IMG/VR virus record: IMGVR_UViG_2648501400_000010
DNA: 4,976 bases
Reading direction: 5' to 3' (one strand)
Origin: a virus
Taxonomy: Duplodnaviria; Heunggongvirae; Uroviricota; Caudoviricetes
A program made the position numbers and the translations under genes. The notes below the pieces were generated by a model. It was not told the origin of the DNA. It did not search any database and saw only the letters and a list, made by a program, of their open reading frames with translations. Below are positions 1-4,335 of this stretch, in pieces (position 1 is the first letter of the stretch; the number at the start of each line of letters is the position of its first letter).

Positions 1-27
1 CTCTTCTTGTGTAAAAACTTTTGCCAC
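1..27 (-). CDS. 5-prime fragment of the next gene in the leftward operon (9 codons, VAKVFTQEE, runs off the window edge); by position possibly a helicase-loader (P/DnaC-like) gene
   Basis: Strong Shine-Dalgarno AGGAGG (complement of 32-37) with a 4-nt spacer to GTG (complement of 25-27), about 40 nt downstream of the stop of the replication-initiator-like gene. Reading frame stays open to position 1. Too short to assign a product. Confidence 0.3.
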
Positions 28-67
28 AAGCCCTCCTGAAAATTACCTCATGACCAGAAATTAACAC

Positions 68-1030
68 TTACCCCCTGAAGCCCGGCGGAATTTCAGTGTC
101 CGGTTCAGAAATGTGATTCACGCAACGCTGCGCAGGCGAACGCCCCAGGCGGATAACCAGTTCATCCCATTTTTCCCGGAGTTTTGCCGGACTCATGATG
201 TTTTTTACCCAGAACGAATCCCGCTGGAGACGCCCAAACATTTCACAAATTTGTCTGTGAGTTCTGCCATCCAGCATCCGCATTGTGCGAACGTCATTGG
301 CCCATGCTGTCCAGTTGGGTTCTTTCGGTCTAGTGATCTCGCCATCATCGCTGGCCGCCTGCTCGTAAAGACTCACGATTCGTCCCCAGATCCACTGTGC
401 GCACACCAAATCTTCCTGACTTCCCCACTGGCGTTTTTTCGCACTGAACACAACCGCGTCAGGGTGTCGGGTTAAAAAATCCTGTTCAGCCGTCTGCGGG
501 TCCGGTTGCGAAGCGTCCGGACAAGAAGATCTTTTATCTGACGGATCAGGTTTTAATACTGACGGATCGGGGTCAATCATCGCCCCCCTAATCGGCAGTT
601 TTTTATCAACAGTTGATCCATCAAAATTTGACGGGTCAACCGTTGAGGGGTCAATATTTGACGGGTCAACTGTTAACGGGTCATTTTTTGCCGGGCTAAT
701 TTTTCTTTTTGGTTTATATGACTCACGCGCCGCCGCCGCAGCTGCTTCGAGTTTTTCCACATTAAGCCGATAGATATTGCTTACATTACGCCCACCGACC
801 TTACGCTCTTCCTTCGTCAGCCAGCCCTCTTTCGCCAGTTCTGCAATAGCCGATTTCACTGTGGATTCACTTCTTGCACCGATCTGACGCCGGATAGTTT
901 CAATGGCAGGCCATGACACGCCCTCGTCATTGCTGTAGTCTGCAAGACGGGCCATAACCGCCACCCTGGATAAGATCATGCCGGTGAAGGCGCACCCTTC
1001 CCAGACAAGACCATGAAGCTTGCTGCTCAT
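68..1030 (-). CDS. Phage replication initiation protein, lambda O-like role (N-terminal winged-helix/HTH domain, repetitive linker, C-terminal domain)
   Basis: Long ORF in the track (68..1045, which starts at GTG). I prefer ATG at 1028-1030 (MSSKLHGLVW...) preceded by a G-rich SD. The N-terminal region (ILSRVAVMARLADYSNDEGVSWPAIETIRRQIGARSESTVKSAIAELAKEGWL) looks like the HTH domain typical of phage replication initiators. The gene sits where O (ydaU in Rac) sits, after the cro-like and cII-position genes. The linker encodes DPS(N/T)(V/I/F) pentapeptide repeats that coincide with the DNA iterons. Confidence 0.8.
   Translation of the reverse strand: MSSKLHGLVWEGCAFTGMILSRVAVMARLADYSNDEGVSWPAIETIRRQIGARSESTVKSAIAELAKEGWLTKEERKVGGRNVSNIYRLNVEKLEAAAAAARESYKPKRKISPAKNDPLTVDPSNIDPSTVDPSNFDGSTVDKKLPIRGAMIDPDPSVLKPDPSDKRSSCPDASQPDPQTAEQDFLTRHPDAVVFSAKKRQWGSQEDLVCAQWIWGRIVSLYEQAASDDGEITRPKEPNWTAWANDVRTMRMLDGRTHRQICEMFGRLQRDSFWVKNIMSPAKLREKWDELVIRLGRSPAQRCVNHISEPDTEIPPGFRG
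615..704. repeat. Phased 15-bp iteron array (consensus GACGGGTCAAnnTTT), candidate phage origin of replication embedded in the initiator gene
   Basis: Five tandem in-phase units at 630, 645, 660, 675 and 690 (gacgggtcaaccgtt / gaggggtcaatattt / gacgggtcaactgtt / aacgggtcatttttt / gccgggctaattttt). A degenerate in-phase unit lies at 615-629, and further copies at 540-554 (gacggatcaggtttt, in phase) and 567-581. Each unit ends in a T-tract, and an AT-rich stretch follows at 705-722. Confidence 0.7.
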
Positions 1031-1052
1031 AAAACCCCCGAACACCGTGCTT

Positions 1053-1478
1053 TTAGTGCATCACCACAGCATTCCCTGCCGGGCCGCCGCGATTCATCTG
1101 GTCATACAAAACAACCGCTGACGCAACAAAATCATCGACATCCTTCACCAGCCGATCCCTCCGTTCGACGATCTCACGGTAATATTCAGAACTGTGGCTG
1201 CGCATACGGGCCACCAGCAAAGGCGGCATCGCCTTTTCGATCGCCGGTAACAGAGCCTGCATTTTTTCAACAGCATCAGGGGTGTCCTTCTCCACCCAGC
1301 GGAAAATTTTCTGGGTATTACGGGCCAGGGCTTCCGGATGGCTGTCGTCGTACAGTTCCGGGAACGTCATTCCCAGCTCGAAATACGCTTTGGTAATTTT
1401 CGCAGCCGGTACTTTTTCGCCGTCCGGGTGCGCCCAGACATTCATCGCCATGCGGATGTGTTCATGCTTGATTTTCAT
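1053..1478 (-). CDS. ydaT: YdaT-family protein (CII-position regulator / toxic protein of Rac-type prophages)
   Basis: 141-aa ORF starting MKIKHEHIRMAMNVWAHPDGEKV, which I recognise as the YdaT family of Rac/CP-933P prophages (from memory, not a search). SD GGGGGTG lies upstream of the ATG (complement of 1476-1478). It is immediately downstream of, and overlaps by 17 nt, the Cro-like gene. Confidence 0.85.
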   Translation of the reverse strand: MKIKHEHIRMAMNVWAHPDGEKVPAAKITKAYFELGMTFPELYDDSHPEALARNTQKIFRWVEKDTPDAVEKMQALLPAIEKAMPPLLVARMRSHSSEYYREIVERRDRLVKDVDDFVASAVVLYDQMNRGGPAGNAVVMH

Positions 1479-1737
1479 GAATCACCCCCGCCTCTGGTTG
1501 TGTGTTAGCCTGATACTCGACAGGTAAGCCGTCGGTTGGGTTGGGATAAGTACTGCCATCAATCTCGTGCGGAGTTACTATCCAGCCTGTTGCTTCGCAC
1601 CAGCGTAAAATTTTTTTCCCCGTAAGTTTCGCCCGTCCGGTAATGACATGGCTTACCATCCCTTGGGTTACCCCAACAATTTCAGCAAAATGCTTCTGAG
1701 TTATACCGGAATGATGCAAATATTCTCCAAGATTCAT
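1462..1737 (-). CDS. ydaS: Cro-like HTH DNA-binding protein (YdaS family)
   Basis: 91-aa ORF with a Cro/CI-type helix-turn-helix (QKHFAEIVGVTQGMVSHVITGRAKLTGKKILRW). SD AGGTGA (complement of 1741-1746) is 3 nt from the ATG. It is divergently transcribed from the repressor gene, the classic cro position. Confidence 0.8.
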   Translation of the reverse strand: MNLGEYLHHSGITQKHFAEIVGVTQGMVSHVITGRAKLTGKKILRWCEATGWIVTPHEIDGSTYPNPTDGLPVEYQANTQPEAGVIHENQA

Positions 1738-1844
1738 TGTTCACCTCATGTGATGTCATCACGATCATTAATAGCATTGTTATTTTTAAAAGTAAATAGC
1801 ATCACTATTTCAAAGAGATTAATAATCTTATTAGAATTGAAGGT
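1738..1844. promoter_or_regulatory. Divergent promoter/operator region (OR-like) between the cro-like gene and the repressor gene
   Basis: Perfect 17-bp inverted repeat AAATAG-CATCA-CTATTT at 1794-1810 and weaker copy TAATAG-CATTG-TTATTT at 1769-1785, centres 25 bp apart. Leftward promoter candidates on the minus strand: -35 TTTACT (complement of 1791-1796), 17-bp spacer, -10 TATTAA (complement of 1768-1773). Additional 11-bp palindrome TGATGTCATCA at 1751-1761 near the predicted start. Rightward -10-like AATAAT at 1821-1826 with no good -35. Confidence 0.55.
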
Positions 1845-2345
1845 ATGAAAAGAAAATCCCTGTCAGAGATCGACCTGCAAGCCGCCCAGAGACTGAAAGA
1901 AATCTGGACGGCGAAAAAAAATCAACTAGGGTTAACCCAAGAGCGTGCGGCAGAAATTCTGGGATTTTCGACACAGGGAGCTGTAAGCCATTATCTAAAT
2001 GGTCAGACACCTTTAAATCTTGAGGCTGTTATCAAGTTCGCAGGGTTGCTGCAAGTTCCTCCCGAGTCAATCAGACCAGATATGGCCGAGTTGTTACAAA
2101 TTGTAAGGATGTATCCCCAAGAATCTGGGGAGGACAATGTTGTCACTATATCTGCAGATATGGAACAATCGGAAAACGAACTTCCGTTTAATATAGACCC
2201 CATGGAGCGGGATTTGCTCCAGACGTTCAGGGCTTTCCCCAAAGAAGATAAAGAGAAAATGCTTAAGGAAATGAAGGAGAAAAAAGAATCAATTGAAGAA
2301 ATCGTTGCGCGATGGCTAGCTGCGCAAAAGGGTCGTCGCGCCTAA
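1845..2345 (+). CDS. paaR: Prophage repressor, XRE-family HTH, no peptidase S24 domain (RacR / PaaR-like)
   Basis: 166-aa ORF with an N-terminal XRE-type HTH (LTQERAAEILGFSTQGAVSHYLNGQTP) and an acidic/lysine-rich C-terminus without the Ser-Lys autoprotease motifs of LexA/CI. It sits divergent from the cro-like gene and directly upstream of a small-antitoxin/ParE pair, the paaR-paaA-parE arrangement. The symbol is by architecture only; paralogue 1 versus 2 cannot be told. Confidence 0.8.
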   Translation: MKRKSLSEIDLQAAQRLKEIWTAKKNQLGLTQERAAEILGFSTQGAVSHYLNGQTPLNLEAVIKFAGLLQVPPESIRPDMAELLQIVRMYPQESGEDNVVTISADMEQSENELPFNIDPMERDLLQTFRAFPKEDKEKMLKEMKEKKESIEEIVARWLAAQKGRRA

Positions 2346-2362
2346 TCTGAGGAGGTAAAAAC

Positions 2363-2554
2363 ATGAGTACAGCCCTTTCCCCGATAATTTCTGAATTTGA
2401 AACAGTCGAACAAGAAAACAGCTATAACGAATGGTTGCGAACCAAAGTGGCAGCAAGCCTCTCAGATCCCCGTCCTGCAATTCCACATGACGAAGTAATG
2501 GCTGAAATGGAAAACCTTATTGCTCAATTAGCTGCAACGAACAGGAGTGAGTAA
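2363..2554 (+). CDS. paaA: Small antitoxin of a ParE-type toxin-antitoxin module (PaaA-like, 63 aa)
   Basis: 63-aa ORF with SD AGGAGG at 2350-2355 and a 7-nt spacer. Its stop TAA overlaps the start of the downstream ParE-like gene (TAATG at 2552-2556). Size and position between a regulator and ParE match the PaaA antitoxins. Acidic, low-complexity and probably disordered. Confidence 0.7.
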   Translation: MSTALSPIISEFETVEQENSYNEWLRTKVAASLSDPRPAIPHDEVMAEMENLIAQLAATNRSE

Positions 2555-2844
2555 TGCTGCCCATTTTATGGCTACCTTCTGCACGTGATGATTTACGTCA
2601 GATCGTAGCCTATATTGCTAAGGAAAACCCTCCCGCTGCACGTAGACTAAAAATACGCATTGAAACATCAGTTTTGTCACTTACTGAACACCCTTATCTG
2701 TACCCACCGAGCGAAAGAGTTCCAAGTCTTCGTGAGATAGTGACTCATCCTAACTACATAATACTTTACCGAGTAACAGCATCTAACATCGAGATCGTAA
2801 ATGTAGTTCACTCACGAAGACAGTATCCAAACAAAACCTGTTAA
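2554..2844 (+). CDS. parE: ParE/RelE-superfamily toxin (ParE-like, gyrase-poisoning class)
   Basis: 96-aa ORF (MLPILWLPSARDDLRQIVAYIAKENPPAARRLKIRIETSVLSL...REIVTHPNYIILYRV...IEIVNVVHSRR) with the sequence pattern characteristic of ParE toxins (W near the N-terminus, DL..I..YIA, R.L...I, PY.G/P, REL/REI, Y.I.YRV, IEI..V.H.RR). Translationally coupled to the upstream small ORF. Confidence 0.85.
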   Translation: MLPILWLPSARDDLRQIVAYIAKENPPAARRLKIRIETSVLSLTEHPYLYPPSERVPSLREIVTHPNYIILYRVTASNIEIVNVVHSRRQYPNKTC

Positions 2845-2858
2845 TCCTTCCTGTCAAC

Positions 2859-2882
2859 AACCACCTTCGGGTGGTTTTTTTC
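2859..2882 (+). terminator. Rho-independent terminator after the toxin gene
   Basis: Stem AACCACC (2859-2865), loop TTCG, stem GGTGGTT (2870-2876), followed by a T-run to 2881, 15 nt after the parE-like stop. A T-tract is present only on the plus strand, so it is unidirectional. Confidence 0.75.
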
Positions 2883-2891
2883 TTGCCACGA

Positions 2892-2934
2892 TAATAGCAC
2901 TGCTATTTACATAATTAAATAGTAGTGGTATTGT
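2892..2934 (+). promoter_or_regulatory. PL-like promoter with paired operators for the rightward small-gene operon
   Basis: Operator-like inverted repeat TAATAG-CACTG-CTATTT at 2892-2908 and weaker AAATAG-TAGTG-GTATTG at 2917-2933, centres 25 bp apart. -35 TTTACA at 2906-2911, 17-bp spacer, -10 TATTGT at 2929-2934. Same motif and geometry as the sites at 1769-1810. Confidence 0.55.
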
Positions 2935-3026
2935 TCATTCATCAACTCACCCCGCCCCACAGAACGCCAGGCAATACTTCGAGTTACCCGGCAGTGGTCA
3001 GGGGTTAAGTAGCCAGCCCGAGGCGT

Positions 3027-3269
3027 ATGAACATGACGGCGGGAACACTTTATATAACAGCGCAGCAGTTTTTTAGTTCCGCTACCCCGGCGTTAAGGGG
3101 AAATGAGGTCAACATGGATATGCTCAATCTTGGCAACAACGAATCTCTGGTATGTGGCGTGTTCCCCAACCAGGACGGTACGTTCACCGCGATGACGTAT
3201 ACCAAAAGCAAAACGTTTAAAACCGAAAATGGTGCCCGTCGCTGGCTGGAAAGAAACTCAGGTGAGTGA
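3027..3269 (+). CDS. Small prophage early protein (80 aa from ATG 3027, or 51 aa from ATG 3114); resembles the small YdaF/YdaG-class proteins of Rac
   Basis: ORF in track. ATG 3114 has the better SD (GAGG 3105-3108, 5-nt spacer); ATG 3027 has GAGG with a 3-nt spacer. The 51-aa form (MDMLNLGNNESLVCGVFPNQDGTFTAMTYTKSKTFKTENGARRWLERNSGE) matches the size I recall for Rac YdaF, but I cannot verify identity. First gene after the PL-like promoter. Confidence 0.6.
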   Translation: MNMTAGTLYITAQQFFSSATPALRGNEVNMDMLNLGNNESLVCGVFPNQDGTFTAMTYTKSKTFKTENGARRWLERNSGE

Positions 3270-3270
3270 T

Positions 3271-3399
3271 ATGGATTTCGACACAATCATGGAAAAGGCT
3301 TACGAAGAATACTTCGATGGTCTTGCCGAAGGCGAAGAAGCTCTCAGCTTCAGTGAATTTAAACAGGCGCTTTCCAGTTCGGGAAAATCTAACGGCTGA
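3271..3399 (+). CDS. Small protein, 42 aa (MDFDTIMEKAYEEYFDGLAEGEEALSFSEFKQALSSSGKSNG), not in the supplied ORF track
   Basis: Own translation. ATG at 3271 is preceded by a strong SD AGGTGA (3260-3265, 5-nt spacer). The start sits 1 nt after the stop of the upstream ORF (TGAtATG), consistent with translational coupling. Acidic and helical in character. Confidence 0.55.
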   Translation: MDFDTIMEKAYEEYFDGLAEGEEALSFSEFKQALSSSGKSNG

Positions 3400-3428
3400 T
3401 AAGCGAAACAGCACCGCGAGGAATCAGT

Positions 3429-3647
3429 ATGCAGAAACGAGAACCCGTCATCATCGCGCCAGACTATACCGATGATGAACTTTATGAGTGGATGCGCCAG
3501 AAAATTAATGCAGCGCAGGATCTGAAATGGGCCAATGAAGCCAGGACTAAGCAGGCTGAAAATCTGTCCGCTCTGGAGCAGGATATCACCAGGCTGGAAA
3601 AAGCAGCGGCATTAAGCATTGCCAGAATGGTTACATACCCACGTTAA
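3429..3647 (+). CDS. Hypothetical small early protein, 72 aa, predicted coiled-coil
   Basis: ORF in track. SD GAGGA at 3418-3422 with a 6-nt spacer; 29 nt after the previous stop. Sequence (…AAQDLKWANEARTKQAENLSALEQDITRLEKAAALSIARM) is heptad-like. The position is analogous to the kil/host-takeover genes of the lambda PL operon, but there is no sequence-level identification. Confidence 0.6.
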   Translation: MQKREPVIIAPDYTDDELYEWMRQKINAAQDLKWANEARTKQAENLSALEQDITRLEKAAALSIARMVTYPR

Positions 3648-3669
3648 TAGCTAACCAACGAGGCTAATA

Positions 3670-4044
3670 ATGGAATTTAAAGATTTACCAATGCCATTCC
3701 AGGAAATGGCAGCGAATATAGTTCGTTCCCAACTGGCGACTCTTGACCTGAGTACCGTAGAAAAAGAAACCATCGATACTATATCCGGTAACGTGCGTCG
3801 TGCCTTTATCGGTCTGTACGAAGAGAAGCAGCTCTCTGATAACCAGGATTTACATGAAAAATACTTCCTGGAATTAATGGACATCATTAATAAAGGATTT
3901 GGCTTGTTAATGAAAAAGAAAGGGATTCGAATAGCTCCCCTTGAAAATCATTTTACAGCGAGCAGTATTAATTCCTGTGATTTAAAGCATCACACATCCG
4001 ATGGGAAAGTTGAATCAAACAACAAAATATCAATTAATCATTAA
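3670..4044 (+). CDS. Hypothetical protein, 124 aa, AT-rich 3-prime half (possible accessory/moron gene)
   Basis: ORF in track. SD GAGG at 3660-3663 with a 6-nt spacer; 22 nt after the previous stop. No recognisable domain by eye and no transmembrane segment. The C-terminal third is low-complexity and AT-rich (…SSINSCDLKHHTSDGKVESNNKISINH). Confidence 0.55.
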   Translation: MEFKDLPMPFQEMAANIVRSQLATLDLSTVEKETIDTISGNVRRAFIGLYEEKQLSDNQDLHEKYFLELMDIINKGFGLLMKKKGIRIAPLENHFTASSINSCDLKHHTSDGKVESNNKISINH

Positions 4045-4275
4045 TTTATTCACAGGTGAGGTAGAGTGCGTGCGCCGGACACGGATAAGAATCCGGCACT
4101 GACAGTTTACTGAAAAGGATACATCCCTGAAAAGTCAGGGCATAACACGAAAGCGCCCGGCGAGGTAGCTGGTTCATAGATAGCCTGTCGTTAAATTTTT
4201 GTCGACCGTGCGCTTCCGGTTGTGGCAATCCGCGAAATGGCGCGGCGGTAAGTATGGCGGGGTTATTCCTTCCCC

Positions 4276-4335
4276 CGTTGCGGACACCGGGTTGTCAGGT
4301 TGACCATACGCTTAAGTGACAACCCCGCTGCAACG
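4276..4335. other. Long imperfect hairpin / cruciform-capable element (about 17 bp paired over 60 nt)
   Basis: Outer stem 4276-4283 (cgttgcgg) pairs with 4328-4335 (8 pairs including one G-U). Inner perfect 9-bp stem GGGTTGTCA (4289-4297) pairs with TGACAACCC (4317-4325). 19-nt loop. No T-tract immediately after it on either strand, so it is not a canonical terminator. Confidence 0.5.

Noticed and set aside
113-475. 120-aa plus-strand ORF
   Set aside because: Entirely antisense to the replication-initiator-like gene, no SD, Pro/Arg/His-rich composition typical of an antisense frame.
1031-1045. GTG at 1045 (ORF-track start) for the initiator gene
   Set aside because: The ATG at 1028-1030 has a better-spaced G-rich SD. 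The GTG start would leave only 7 nt before the upstream YdaT-like stop. The difference is only 5 codons and is unresolved without data.
1013-1527. Plus-strand ORFs 1013..1396 (127 aa) and 1282..1527 (81 aa)
   Set aside because: Antisense to the well-supported YdaT-like gene; low-complexity, Pro/Ser/Cys-rich translations; no RBS.
1648-1848. 66-aa plus-strand ORF spanning the cro-like gene start and the operator region
   Set aside because: Overlaps the divergent promoter/operator region and the cro-like gene in antisense; no SD; the sequence is better explained as regulatory DNA.
2003-2242. 79-aa minus-strand ORF
   Set aside because: Antisense inside the repressor gene; no RBS.
2898-2927. Possible LexA (SOS) box in the PL-like region
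   Set aside because: The dyad is CACTGCTATTT/AAATAGTAGTG, not the CTGT-N8-ACAG spacing of the LexA consensus. It matches the prophage's own operator motif instead.
3050-3475. ORFs 3050..3286 (-), 3217..3414 (-) and 3266..3475 (+)
   Set aside because: Overlap the SD-supported plus-strand small genes in alternative or antisense frames. The +3266 frame is Arg-rich read-through of the intergenic region and of the 72-aa gene start.
3651-3887. 78-aa minus-strand ORF
   Set aside because: Antisense to the 124-aa gene; no RBS.
4074-4140. REP element or lambda nut-site (boxB) resemblance
   Set aside because: The hairpin CCCTGA-AAAG-TCAGGG recalls boxB (GCCCTGAAAAAGGGC), and GCCGGA…GGATAAG…TCCGGC recalls REP sequences. 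However, there is no boxA, the position is at the end rather than the start of the operon, and the match to REP consensus is partial.
4046-4228. 60-aa minus-strand ORF in the GC-rich gap
   Set aside because: No SD; the Pro/Arg/Ala-rich translation is what GC-rich non-coding DNA produces. The region is better explained by hairpin-forming non-coding sequence. Low-confidence rejection.
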